The notes under the pieces are model-generated. The model did not search any database. It had not been told where the DNA came from and saw only the letters and a list, made by a program, of their open reading frames with translations. This document shows, in pieces, positions 10,201 to 17,217 of a DNA stretch of 64,000 nucleotides (positions are counted from its first letter, which is position 1; the number at the start of each line of letters is the position of its first letter). Origin of the DNA: Clostridia bacterium. GTDB taxonomy: Bacteria > Bacillota > Clostridia > Oscillospirales > QAKW01. The translations under genes and the position numbers were made by a program. Location of the stretch: positions 1,267-65,266 of the forward strand of contig JAFSCX010000044.1 in NCBI GenBank assembly GCA_017436525.1, written 5' to 3'.

Positions 10201-10626
10201 AAAGCCGAGATCTGCCGAAAAAGAGGGATCGTAGATCCCAAGCGCCAGCATATCCATTGCCTCTTGCCGGCGATCGGCAAGCTCTTGCGCTTCCACCGAG
10301 CGAATAGAGCGGCGCTCCTGCTCAACCAAGGAACGATCGGCGCGGCGTTTTTGCTCTGAGCGGTTTCGCTCTGATCGTTCAAAGGAAAGGCGGCTTTGCT
10401 CCATGGAGATTTCCTGCCCCGCCTGCGCCATAGCGATCTGCGCCGCCCTATTTTGGGCTGCAATCTCCTCATCACGGCGGATTTTGGCCGTTTCTGTTTT
10501 GGTTTTAAGGATATTTCGCCCCGAAATGGCGGAAAGAGCCGTCCGAGAGGACTCGGAGGCTCTTTCAAATTCATTCATCATCTGATCCCTTGCTAAAAGG
10601 ACTTGCTTCAAAGTATTATCGCTCAT
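1216..10626 (-). CDS. giant (3136 aa) multidomain virion/ejection ('polyvalent') protein with Zn-metallopeptidase motif
   Basis: Single uninterrupted ORF and last gene of the structural operon. It has an N-terminal K/E/R-rich coiled-coil region, a Gly/Ala-rich hydrophobic segment (..YMGGYTILDMVPAVAVSFVPVVGQAAASGY..), an HELTH motif at nt 6193-6207 (aa 1474-1478) inside ..NGFFNEADSSIHLDL....ALTMSHELTHFIKQW, and a large C-terminal region (..VNFGRSGTLGKRLNQNWVPFFNPSIQGW..). Confidence 0.7.
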   Translation of the reverse strand: MSDNTLKQVLLARDQMMNEFERASESSRTALSAISGRNILKTKTETAKIRRDEEIAAQNRAAQIAMAQAGQEISMEQSRLSFERSERNRSEQKRRADRSLVEQERRSIRSVEAQELADRRQEAMDMLALGIYDPSFSADLGFKDSVVRTFAEKKNAEFQQKQAAKAKAAKAKADYEQAIAAIKAGETVSIQKKVEQKKEKVSVDDETPEKIKSGVREAIEYAEKTGQSFKDLQEAREWIAFRSGIDSRSRSQMEAALRYFDYAMEERVLKKRLSGMTAEGYTALEKLAAPSVKNVKTKKEALSVQVQEKAPEWAKETVKRLEKIIDTAGSLESAKEKETFRIADAYVMLQEAETVEDRNAAYSYYLDRLEKGIGSTTAATEQIYTKAKEKFDQLEKLSDEEKKELEIHIKTSEGMVAALENALKNVDLTVDQQEIVSGAAEYLKKSLPALKQMQEYAVTYEENEESYESQKEYRKMDDIYGGYSVEELEALQAEQEKMINARLPGYVQWLKKTNYAENSLADVIVDGQEKKYSEYKKETDKLAKYIENRKTNEKNAAEDQEVEQWAKSYAGKNWAEKVSKLHSDVRRRWEDLMQYSTIMSGNAQYARDQMTLRLEYDADGKAVYITRDGERLPGVLEGNEETLARVQGEIGELSQKEQKITGAYHRNVVQYAEELIPDDQAAEKAKEFSLEGFSEIAKQYRHGGKYFDGNYRDFETDVEGFAKGDYGFFEKEQADRVLALLAEGEHELAFSYYANVREQALLAEADSLNDWWAGTKGAFSGLTRFLTQGGYMLENMAAGSYERMAGTLGTASHQVTVEKLDQMGFGGEALETIYMGGYTILDMVPAVAVSFVPVVGQAAASGYIFAKSMATTYTEDIAAGKRSDEALTHGVLSGTAEVAMEKILGGIPGLTSKNGLFTKLKGSIEKLALTKGAKTAIKIASSMGAEGFEEFLQEVISPFLSKIASDLNGISDAELEEIDWEEAGRSFLLGAITGGAFSVAYAPFENRAIEIEAARTLQLGEVDQLISLGAQLENKTALKIKEAKQNQQPRYKGKEGAAAFVSAKDIVNIQKSIRKRRVKGAAKTLSTMIEANMEGADPAEIKRAKEIFRKVLTAKTLTLEEASTIAKDERLLSILEGMMGEELLGKDISPRQIALLARLASFTDENGKVSKARLALFKDTFGEFDTQAIEQILYYDSMAGFMKEGVIVEGRADLNETQQEAAETLNILSEMSGIHFLVTDHHQTGDFLASGLMAVNLTDLDQGIFYAIGHQAYQMIMQLEPEKGKNFRETILQAAKNTLGEEGVAEEINTILQQKAVSGLDYSRSMAEDEFCARYYSVMLTQEAYTVDRTELAAVRKQIEAFCNENRVTEQEQRIAREMIYDEQAEAPEAVAGTGAVRFEKGAEAITESQKQAVKLAKVVANAIGIDIVFYDSTIEGTYGANANGFFNEADSSIHLDLQKNLDDRKTIALTMSHELTHFIKQWSVEKFDAFAKFLEEQYGEHGISMDELVKAKQEALGIEDPALAYEEVVCDACERMLLDSKAVEKLAALKQKDQSLFSRIINHIKSLLKRIRAEYSKNNYAPASAEAQALQQMEGVLDQFYALFEDAALDAASNYQAAEGAVDLEGAMKYSLKDGAATEVKKAINNKYYGGDIELTETTPSIVVSQKGAKNLPMAMKASHIRENILTEKEAQAMGLKVDGKTNYHGLGDTLFLKVMDSLEDVTEAYRGTKNADNPNRREKYFLLISQHKNQNGDTINVPVYINEHANCNRVMIDVNKVATVFGKEDLRGYIQKELRKGNIVRIKNRSIQTSEPTAPIAASYGMNTSNNNISQNNQNSQEKNNSTPKQRKVSSLIAPGRNDVVVELAELYRQEGILQEAQGLGGVDADAFLENAYAGVDRLADTDIESAEMLRKVLGAIEQHLGESKVSGDIIAQLENKVKEQRAREYGWKNGGDQIRPGTDFDPETDAIDSLFTSEEVAAQNDGADFAKDFVDMDPFEQAQFAADRQAEIDALFEMESGEAKRASQNASSYMALLSRTASSFAEENASPEAGVSTEVQEERKTFGEKMSESWNMIQRKLVDSGDAVYDIGRRKGDEHLYQYFNMARSSSNAGISMIQNKQTNIFGDTIGKGLNEIFSPIMKKGKAYYEQFQYYLYHLHNIDRMSRESIERTEQARADFELIAECYPEFANLSERDIRRKAGDWSDPSQPAALEYIKALDFKERMEEIRNIPVFGPDVTAEVSEGKAQDLLREHPEFKELGDAVRRYLDNLLQYRVDSGLISKDFAEELRAIYPHYVPTRRVQAEESVEARKSNRASIGKTVGRAEDGVADLVPLHKQIADQTLSVVREGSKNRFGMRLLDLARQGKFKEVVDFEQSADRMIGLSEFEGAIDKMDPFQQEEWENLFMVYDHGTQYTLSVTPELLEAVKALSPEKEKTFWLEEQSHKAVNLYKALITSYNPAFAVRNFARDIQDASLYSKDLKGFLRNYPAAWKEIARNGEYWQKYQALGGTYSSVFDYNQGIIKEEGGWIKRNIGNRIEWLNRAIEQAPRLAEFMATVKKGDGSMDSLMEAMYNAADITVNFGRSGTLGKRLNQNWVPFFNPSIQGWSKACRLLTETKSARQWVGLIAKVALLGIAPSLINDILFGDDDEYEKIKQRDKDVNFLIKAGDHSWLKIPKGRVLSVMGMPIYRIKQLIEGEEIGWGEFISTAADQVAPMNPLTDNVFASALTAIAFNKNWYGGDIVPQSMQDDPKAEQYDATTDKFSIAIGGALNISPKKINYLLDSYTGVAGDIILPMLSVASQQNFLTKAFVIDSEYSNRLQGDFYDTKDLLTEKKNSSKATAADEVKYRWWNHKAKAISEISKEIKQIQGNVSLSKKDKEEALKIQYAARNALLLQSEEEYERYIKAVDERLANDPSASAEEIYREVNREIYGAEMALQIEGKSTYERAQKVVKENNIDFDTFYDIYFDSSVDTDKAAKMIGEGLPKESAVKIARGLEAIAPEQGEESISYLQKYKAIASADVDESEKLYAMSLFASDSDRRRIAIGTEHDISLDQFIMVKENLEDANDAAGKNSASNGRIQAAIASTDGLTRRQQAILWQLFTGSTSAKNNPFSVSTGWETVAKIKAYKKAHEED

Positions 10627-11249
10627 GATTTATTCTCCTTATATTTTCTGTAGTATTCCTTCAGGACCGAGATCGGCCGCCCGATCTGTTTGGCGATTTC
10701 CGCATTGATTACGCCGGCCCGCACCATCTCCCACGCCTCATTTTTAAGCTGAGCCGCTTGATTTGCATGATAGGTCCGATCGGAATTTGCTTGATCCGCC
10801 TTAAACTGCCGATCTGCATTTTCCTTCTGCCAAGCAAAATCCCGCTGATCCGTCTCAAAGGAAAGCTTGCCCTGCTCCATTTCAATAATATTGGCCGATT
10901 TTTGAAGCTCACCCTCCGCTCGGGCCTGCTCTTTTTGAATCCCAAGCTGAGAGATCTGCCGATCCCGCTCCAGCAGAGCATTGGTACGATTGGTATTATA
11001 ATTTGCCGCAAGAGCTACCGCCGCGCTCTCAGAGGCACCGCCGGTGATCCCCGCAGCCTTTTGCGCTTGGGCCTGCAGCCTCTTTTGCCGCTCATTTTGC
11101 AAATATAGACTCTGCAATTGATCCGCCGCCGAATCTCTCACATCGCTGATCTGCGCATCATAAGCGTTGCCTTGCGCCGCCACGCTTTGATCAATGGCCG
11201 CATTTTTCTTTTTGTATGCCTCAATGAGGCTCTTATTGCTTACTGCCAT
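10623..11249 (-). CDS. Q/A/K-rich virion internal protein (hypothetical)
   Basis: Start chosen at MAVSNKSL (ATG 11249) behind AGGAGG, rather than the upstream ORF-track start. It overlaps the giant ORF by 4 bp. Coiled-coil-like composition. Its position corresponds to internal virion proteins of podoviruses. Confidence 0.5.
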   Translation of the reverse strand: MAVSNKSLIEAYKKKNAAIDQSVAAQGNAYDAQISDVRDSAADQLQSLYLQNERQKRLQAQAQKAAGITGGASESAAVALAANYNTNRTNALLERDRQISQLGIQKEQARAEGELQKSANIIEMEQGKLSFETDQRDFAWQKENADRQFKADQANSDRTYHANQAAQLKNEAWEMVRAGVINAEIAKQIGRPISVLKEYYRKYKENKS

Positions 11250-11251
11250 GT

Positions 11252-13417
11252 TTATTCCTCCTGCACATAATCCAGCCCCCATTGATTCAAAATGAGGGTT
11301 TTATTGATCAAATCGTTTGAAAAACGAAGCTTAAACCGTGTTGCTTTTTTGATTCTAATCTTGCGCTTAATATCTAAATTCTTCGGCGCCGTTGCATAGG
11401 TGAAGAATTGATAATCTATATCATCATAATCAAAGGAGCAAAGGGCGCCGTCATAATCAAAAAGAATCTTCCAATCCTCTTGATTTTTCTTTCCTTCCAC
11501 CCGTACTACCGAATCAACGCCCGCCAAAAGATCCGGAAGAAGCCCCAGCCTTCTGAAATTCTTTCTGAGGTAAAATTTCGTGCCGAGGATCCATGGCGTT
11601 TCCCAAAAAGCTTTGATCGCTGTTCCTTCGCCGGTGGAATTCACATCCTTATAGTGTTCCTTCTTTGTCCCATCGGTCCACTTTAGATGTCTATTATTTT
11701 TAACCATCATCAATTGACCATCTTCATCGATAAAAGCAAAATCAGCATCAAAGCCATCCATCCGATACCCTTCATATTGGTGGGCAGCGTAGGGCTTATC
11801 GCCTTCCGTATTCGGTTGATTCTCATCAAAGAGCCAGCAGATCCCGCTCTCGCAGAATACCAGCAAAAAGCGCCCCATCCCCAGCATAAAGCGAGGCCTG
11901 TCTGCAAGCATCTTTTTATCCACCGTAGCGGATCGATGCTCCGCATATCGCTCCGAATATTGATCCTTGGAGGTTACTGCGATCACCCCATCCTCCGAAA
12001 GATATACAAGCTCACCGCCGAAGACCTCTACATTTCCGATGTTAAGCGGTTTTGGCGCCGGTACAAGGTTGCCGACCGTAAAGAGCGCATCCGTCGCGAA
12101 TAAGCTTCCTTCTCCGTCGCTCACCTGCCCGCTCACAAAATAGATCCCCTTCTGCGTCAGTGCCACCAGATGATCGGCAATCCCCGAAAGCGCCATCACC
12201 TGCGATCCCTGCTCAAGATCAATATGGCTCGACTCCATAATATAGTAAGGATTCTCCATTTCAGAATAATAGATCTTGTTATTAAATTCTCCGCCGCCCA
12301 AAAATAATCGATCCTTGAAGCCCGCCACGCCATAGGTGGTCGCGCATTTTGCGGCGCAAAGATCATAAAAAGCCTTTCGAAAACCTTTTCTTATGTATGT
12401 AATCCTTACATTGTCCTGCCCTTCAATGGGGCTGGGGGGAATCTTATTGTTGTGTTCGGTGCCAATCTTATTTCCTTCTTCATCCTTGTTGCTTTCCGGT
12501 CGTAGCCAAAGATAATTTCCCGAAGCGCGATACCCATCAACCGTTTTGCCGCCGTCTTCAAAGGGCCTCCGCACCCATTTTGTAGTTTCACCATCCCCCT
12601 CTTCCACAGTGCAAGATACCAGCACCTCCACACAAAACACATCGTTGAGTTGCTCGCCTCTGTACACATCCGAATCTTCTTCCTCGGGCTCAAGTAGCAA
12701 GTCCGCATCCACCTCTCCTTGAAGATGAAACGTTGTCTCTCCCTGAATCACCTCTTCGCCGTTCACGATTACCGTTTTCTTTTTAACACAAAAGCTTTCG
12801 GTTACCCACGGGCTCAGAAGATTGATTCCTTCGAAAGGAGTGCCGCCGCCAAGGGGATCGCAGCCATGCATCACGATCGGAGTTTTAACATATTTATCGT
12901 CATATTTAATGCTATTACCATCATCAAAAAGAACCCATTTTTCCTCGTCTGCTCTGAATTCATAATAAGATAGATTACTGGAATATATCCTCACAATTCT
13001 CTCTTCAACAATTAGCATATCAGACGCAGTTTCGTTTTCGGCTGCAAAAACAAGAATTTTATCACCTTGCTCGAGTATAAGTGGTCTCCTCGCGTTCCTA
13101 AGGATCTGTTTCCATTTATTAATACCGTCGGAGTTGTACGAAAAATACACTACAAAAATTTTGTCGTCTATGCCTTGGACTACTTTACAGCAACCTTTTT
13201 CCTCAATCAATCGATAACTCCAGTTCTCAGGAGTAAATTCAGAAGAAATCGATGCATCTCCCGCATCCCACACACCGGGGCGCTTGCGGATCTGGCCCAC
13301 CGCACCGGGGATCATATTCAGCGAATCAGTGGCTCTGTAGAGATCGACCCGATCCTCCGGTACCGAGACATCGATTCCCCGAAATTGGTTGATTTTAATA
13401 GAGTTTTGCTCTGCCAC
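11252..13417 (-). CDS. large tail/nozzle-like structural protein (721 aa)
   Basis: Follows the adaptor-like gene in the structural operon. Its size and position correspond to tail tubular protein B/nozzle of T7-like podoviruses. No motif-level identification was made. Confidence 0.45.
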   Translation of the reverse strand: MAEQNSIKINQFRGIDVSVPEDRVDLYRATDSLNMIPGAVGQIRKRPGVWDAGDASISSEFTPENWSYRLIEEKGCCKVVQGIDDKIFVVYFSYNSDGINKWKQILRNARRPLILEQGDKILVFAAENETASDMLIVEERIVRIYSSNLSYYEFRADEEKWVLFDDGNSIKYDDKYVKTPIVMHGCDPLGGGTPFEGINLLSPWVTESFCVKKKTVIVNGEEVIQGETTFHLQGEVDADLLLEPEEEDSDVYRGEQLNDVFCVEVLVSCTVEEGDGETTKWVRRPFEDGGKTVDGYRASGNYLWLRPESNKDEEGNKIGTEHNNKIPPSPIEGQDNVRITYIRKGFRKAFYDLCAAKCATTYGVAGFKDRLFLGGGEFNNKIYYSEMENPYYIMESSHIDLEQGSQVMALSGIADHLVALTQKGIYFVSGQVSDGEGSLFATDALFTVGNLVPAPKPLNIGNVEVFGGELVYLSEDGVIAVTSKDQYSERYAEHRSATVDKKMLADRPRFMLGMGRFLLVFCESGICWLFDENQPNTEGDKPYAAHQYEGYRMDGFDADFAFIDEDGQLMMVKNNRHLKWTDGTKKEHYKDVNSTGEGTAIKAFWETPWILGTKFYLRKNFRRLGLLPDLLAGVDSVVRVEGKKNQEDWKILFDYDGALCSFDYDDIDYQFFTYATAPKNLDIKRKIRIKKATRFKLRFSNDLINKTLILNQWGLDYVQEE

Positions 13418-13952
13418 GTATAATCACCTTCGCTTTCTTCGTGGTATTCTTTGCCCGCTCCATCATGGCAATCTGATCATTATATTGCTGCATAAATACA
13501 TTGTAGGCCCGCGCCTCGCTTTCCAGCTCCCGATCTCTGGTAAGAGCGGCCACCCGATAGCAAAGGGCGTTATGGTATTCTCGCGGAAGCTGAATCACCG
13601 TCTCGCCGTCATCATCGTCAATTTCATTCGGGTAGGCTTTATAGTAAATGGTGTAGACGCCGTTTTCACTGCCATAGAGGGTAACACCCGGCACAAACCC
13701 TTCCGCCGTCTCCGCCAGCTCCTCTTCGTAGCTCCCGCCCTTTATTCTCTCAATGGCGTAGCAATCCTCCGGAAGAGCAATCGTCTCTCCGGCCTCAGCA
13801 CCGACCACCGTCTTTTTATGTATAAAGCCCCATTGGGTGGCGATCTCCCGCTGAGCACTATCGATCAGCCGATACATTCGATCATTATAATCGCTGACCC
13901 CCACCTCATCCAAAAGCCTCAATACCTGCGCTTCACATTCTGCCACTGTCAT
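13395..13952 (-). CDS. head-tail connector/adaptor (gp6-like) protein
   Basis: Start at MTVAECEAQVLRLLDE (ATG 13952) behind AAGGAGGA. The N-terminal pattern (..eAkaqlRl.d..) is typical of gp6-like head-tail connectors. It lies immediately downstream of the capsid gene. Confidence 0.5.
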   Translation of the reverse strand: MTVAECEAQVLRLLDEVGVSDYNDRMYRLIDSAQREIATQWGFIHKKTVVGAEAGETIALPEDCYAIERIKGGSYEEELAETAEGFVPGVTLYGSENGVYTIYYKAYPNEIDDDDGETVIQLPREYHNALCYRVAALTRDRELESEARAYNVFMQQYNDQIAMMERAKNTTKKAKVIIRGRAKLY

Positions 13953-14061
13953 AATAAAGATCCTCCTTGCCTTTATTTTCATATCAAAAGCGAGCCGCCG
14001 CTCCTCATATCAAAATAAAGGGCTTGTCCCTCCCGCTCAAAGGAGCGGGAGGGAACGATTC

Positions 14062-14880
14062 TTATTTATGGGCTTTAATTACATAAAGCTCCTTGGGGCG
14101 TACAATCTTACCGCCGAAAACGTTAAGGCCCTTTACCGCATCGGAGAAGAACTTCTCAGGGCGATATGCCTCAGTCTCATCGATGCAGGAGGCAAAGGCA
14201 ATGGCACGATTGGTGCGGATCATGCAGTAATCATCGACGCCGTCGTTGTAGAGGCAGTTGCTCATGCGCACCTTTGCCCCGTCATACATACCAACGATAC
14301 CGCGGTTGATAATATCCACATTATCGGTTTTGAGTTCCACAATATCATCGCGGAACAGCTGATAGAAGAAGGGAGAAACCTCAATATAAACGCTGTCGTC
14401 CAGCGCCACATCGTGCTCTCTCAGCACCAACAGGCCATTATCCACTGCAGCCTTGGCGGCCTTCGGGGTGCTGATAGAAATAGAATTAGAAATGTAACTG
14501 GCACCTTGAGCCAAAGAGCCAACGAATTTTTCACGATGCCACAGCATCTTGCGGCCTGCCTCAACCATGATAGATTCCATCAGACCATCCATGCTCTGCA
14601 TCCGGTCGATATCATCTACCATAAAGTTGAAGGCCCTGGCCTGATCCAAATCCAGATAAACGCTGTTTCCATCCCCCAACACCTGAGGATCGTCCAAACC
14701 TTCGTTTTGAGAATAGTCAAAAACATCGGGAGAGAGTGCATCCAAGATTTTAACCCTGGCCCCCTGCTTAGCTTCACCCTCAAACTTTCTGTTGCAGGCA
14801 TCAACCAACTTCGATTTCTTTTCCAGCTCATGCTGAATAAATTTGCTCCAAATAATGGGCTTAAAATTTGCATAACTCAT
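14062..14880 (-). CDS. major capsid protein
   Basis: 272 aa with a strong RBS (AGGAGGA). It follows the acidic scaffold-like gene directly, has no TM segments, and has a typical MCP position. Confidence 0.7.
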   Translation of the reverse strand: MSYANFKPIIWSKFIQHELEKKSKLVDACNRKFEGEAKQGARVKILDALSPDVFDYSQNEGLDDPQVLGDGNSVYLDLDQARAFNFMVDDIDRMQSMDGLMESIMVEAGRKMLWHREKFVGSLAQGASYISNSISISTPKAAKAAVDNGLLVLREHDVALDDSVYIEVSPFFYQLFRDDIVELKTDNVDIINRGIVGMYDGAKVRMSNCLYNDGVDDYCMIRTNRAIAFASCIDETEAYRPEKFFSDAVKGLNVFGGKIVRPKELYVIKAHK

Positions 14881-14898
14881 GATAAAAATCCTCCTAAA

Positions 14899-15672
14899 TT
14901 ATCGTAATCCTCGAAGGCTGCGAAGAGCCTTCTTCAAAATGCTCGGATCATCAAGATCCTTGCCGGTCAGATGATCCAACTCCTCGCCGGTAAAATCTCT
15001 ACCGGTCTCATCCGTGCCGCCAACCTTTCCGGGTGAGGGCGGCATTGCGGCGGCCTGCGCCGCTTTCTTTCCCTGCAAGAGATAATAAGCATCCACGCCG
15101 GTGATCCCTCGCTCTACCAAGTCGGTATACCCTTCCAAGGATTCCAGACTCTTGACATTGGGATCCACCGCCTGAATCGCCGCAAGATCCTCTTGCATCT
15201 GTCTTTGTACTCTGTAGCTTTCCGCATCGGCAGCATCCTGCTCCGCTTTACGTTGAAGTTCCTGATAATATCGGGAGCCCTTCACCAGCCGCTCCTCGGC
15301 GGCCGCGGCAGTCTCCTGTTCGGTGCGGTATTCCTCCAGAGTTTGTCCCTTATGATCAGCCTGAAGCATCTCTAAAGCCTCGCTCGCATCCTTCGGCTGC
15401 AGTCCTTTGGATCGGGCAAGAGCCATGATTCCTTCCGATTGGCTGTCATAAGAATCTGCCTTTCGGCGCAGCTTTGCGTAGTGATCGTTCTTCCCTCGCG
15501 ATTGCTTAGGCTTCTCACTACCCTCGGTCGGTTGATTTCCTTCCGTCGCTTGCTGCTCGGCCCCCTGCTGAGCAGACTCCTCCTGCGGAGCCACGACCTC
15601 CGCCGCCGCTGCGTTATCAGCGGTTTCTGCTGCGGTTTCCGCAGCAGTACCCATGATTTGATTCTCTTCCAT
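14899..15672 (-). CDS. capsid scaffolding protein
   Basis: Acidic, Ala/Glu/Gln-rich and predicted helical (..AAETAAETADNAAAAEVVAPQEES..). It is immediately upstream of the MCP. Start taken at MEENQ (15672) behind AAGGAG; the alternative start is 15690. Confidence 0.65.
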   Translation of the reverse strand: MEENQIMGTAAETAAETADNAAAAEVVAPQEESAQQGAEQQATEGNQPTEGSEKPKQSRGKNDHYAKLRRKADSYDSQSEGIMALARSKGLQPKDASEALEMLQADHKGQTLEEYRTEQETAAAAEERLVKGSRYYQELQRKAEQDAADAESYRVQRQMQEDLAAIQAVDPNVKSLESLEGYTDLVERGITGVDAYYLLQGKKAAQAAAMPPSPGKVGGTDETGRDFTGEELDHLTGKDLDDPSILKKALRSLRGLR

Positions 15673-15757
15673 GGTTATCTCCTTTCCCATGATTAGAGCA
15701 CTCTCGGCTCACGCTTTCGGTGCGAAATTTAATCATATTCCCAAGCGTTTGGGAATA

Positions 15758-16492
15758 TCAAAGCATCTCAAGGCGCTGCAAAACCAGCGCAAGCTGTGCC
15801 CGTGTTACCGGCTCATTGGGATTAAAGTTGCCCTTATCATCCCCTACCATCAGGCCCGCTTTGGTTACCTTCTCCACAGCCTCTCTCGCCCACTTGGGGA
15901 TCTCTTTTGCATCGTTATAGGCCACCGCTCTCACCTCCTCCTTATAAGGGATTCCAAGGCTTTTCAAAAAGCCTTTTGCAATCGCTTTTCCGAAAGCCTT
16001 CTGCTCTGCAGCGGTATCGATTGCCGCAAAATCCTTTTTATTATCGATAAATGCGCTCTCGATGATCACGGCAGGAGCTTTGGTATTCCGGATAAAAGCA
16101 AAATAATCTTTGCCGTCGGAGCGAGCCTTCGTCTTGCACCCTCGGCTGTTCTGCCCCGCTTCCTCCAAAGCTTCAAGGATATCGGTGCCAAGGGTTCTGC
16201 CCCTGCCGCCGGATACCGAATGAAACACCTCTGCACCATCCCCGCCGCCGGCATTGATATGGAGATCTGCCGCAAGATCAGGTCCAAAGGAATTACATTC
16301 ATTCACCTTGGCGGCAATGGTCATATCCTTATCCTTCTCCCGCGAGATCTTCACCGTTACGCCATGCCGACGCAGCTCCTCGGCGCAAGCCTTCCCGATA
16401 GAAAGGGCAATCTCTTTTTCCTTAAAACCACCGGACACCGCCCCCGAATCTGCGCCGCCGTGGCCGATTCCCAAATAAACCTTCGCCATCAT
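15758..16492 (-). CDS. endolysin: N-acetylmuramoyl-L-alanine amidase (Amidase_3) with C-terminal SLH domain
   Basis: GIGHGGADSGAV....EKEIAL....ADLHINAGGGDGAEVFH are amidase_3 motifs. The C-terminal YNDAKEIPKWAREAVEKVTKAGLMVGDDKGNFNPNEPVTRAQLALVLQRL is an SLH repeat. Confidence 0.9.
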   Translation of the reverse strand: MMAKVYLGIGHGGADSGAVSGGFKEKEIALSIGKACAEELRRHGVTVKISREKDKDMTIAAKVNECNSFGPDLAADLHINAGGGDGAEVFHSVSGGRGRTLGTDILEALEEAGQNSRGCKTKARSDGKDYFAFIRNTKAPAVIIESAFIDNKKDFAAIDTAAEQKAFGKAIAKGFLKSLGIPYKEEVRAVAYNDAKEIPKWAREAVEKVTKAGLMVGDDKGNFNPNEPVTRAQLALVLQRLEML

Positions 16493-16728
16493 TTTGCTCC
16501 TTTCAGCTTATGCATGTATCCATCCGCTTCGATCGCCTCTTTGGTGAAGGAATTATTCTTCCACCAGCTCCAAAGGCTTGTCCCTACCGTTACGAGAATT
16601 GAAATCCCTTCATAAAGCTCTTCATCGCTGAAGGGCAAAGGATTCGCCCCCAACACCGTAAGAAGCTGATTGATCAATGCGATGATCAATGCAAATGTTC
16701 TGATAATTGTCATTTTTGAAATATTCAT
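16489..16728 (-). CDS. holin (phiLC3/SPP1-type)
   Basis: 79 aa with two hydrophobic helices and the WWKNNSFTKEA signature of this holin family. It overlaps the endolysin gene by 4 bp. Confidence 0.85.
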   Translation of the reverse strand: MNISKMTIIRTFALIIALINQLLTVLGANPLPFSDEELYEGISILVTVGTSLWSWWKNNSFTKEAIEADGYMHKLKGAK

Positions 16729-16973
16729 TTTGCTTTCTCCTTTTCGATTACTTTGATTCGCGCCTCATGGTCGCTCAGTTTTTTTCCGTGCTCATCCAGC
16801 TCATGAAAGATCTCCTTGTGGGTCTGCCGGCTGTTGTTTTCAAATTTATTGAAGGTTCCCTTAAGACCATTCACCGCGCCCACCAATTCTCCGGCCGCCT
16901 TCGAAAACCTAAAAACCGCCGTTAGCACCGCCACCGCAAAAGATGCCGCCGCAACGATTACCGCCCAATTCAT
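16725..16973 (-). CDS. small membrane protein (N-terminal TM + coiled coil), lysis-associated
   Basis: 82 aa. MNWAVIVAAASFAVAVLTAVF is a TM segment, followed by a charged helix. It is translationally coupled (ATGA overlap) to the holin. Confidence 0.45.
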   Translation of the reverse strand: MNWAVIVAAASFAVAVLTAVFRFSKAAGELVGAVNGLKGTFNKFENNSRQTHKEIFHELDEHGKKLSDHEARIKVIEKEKAK

Positions 16974-17215
16974 TCCTCGCTCACCTCCCCGCTCAAAAGC
17001 GCTGCGCTATCTTCTGTAGGTGCATCAACCTCATACCACCCATCAACACAATCTACATCAACAACAGCTCGCAAATCTTCACCATTAAGGGTGATCGCCT
17101 TTCCTTCATCGGCAATGATGCGGAATAACTCTGTATAAGTGCAATCCGGTCTCTCTGTGGAAACCGTAACACCGCCGCCCTCTCTCTCATATCTGTATAA
17201 GGTTTTGATCTCCAT
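16970..17215 (-). CDS. hypothetical protein
   Basis: 81-aa ORF in an operon, with a 4-bp overlap downstream. No recognisable motif. Confidence 0.4.
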   Translation of the reverse strand: MEIKTLYRYEREGGGVTVSTERPDCTYTELFRIIADEGKAITLNGEDLRAVVDVDCVDGWYEVDAPTEDSAALLSGEVSEE

Positions 17216-17217
17216 GA

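Noticed and set aside
1216-10626. The giant ORF could be a tape measure protein or an N4-like virion RNA polymerase.
   Set aside because: There are no tube, sheath or chaperone genes, and a 3136-aa tape measure would imply an implausibly long tail. I could not identify any RNA polymerase catalytic motifs by eye. It is called only as a multidomain virion/ejection protein.
14068-16615. Long + strand ORFs (14068-14907, 279 aa; 15671-16615, 314 aa) lie opposite the capsid, scaffold and endolysin genes.
   Set aside because: These are antisense shadow ORFs of well-supported minus-strand genes. They have no RBS and skewed composition (Ile/Leu/Arg-rich), and the opposite strand has clear family motifs.
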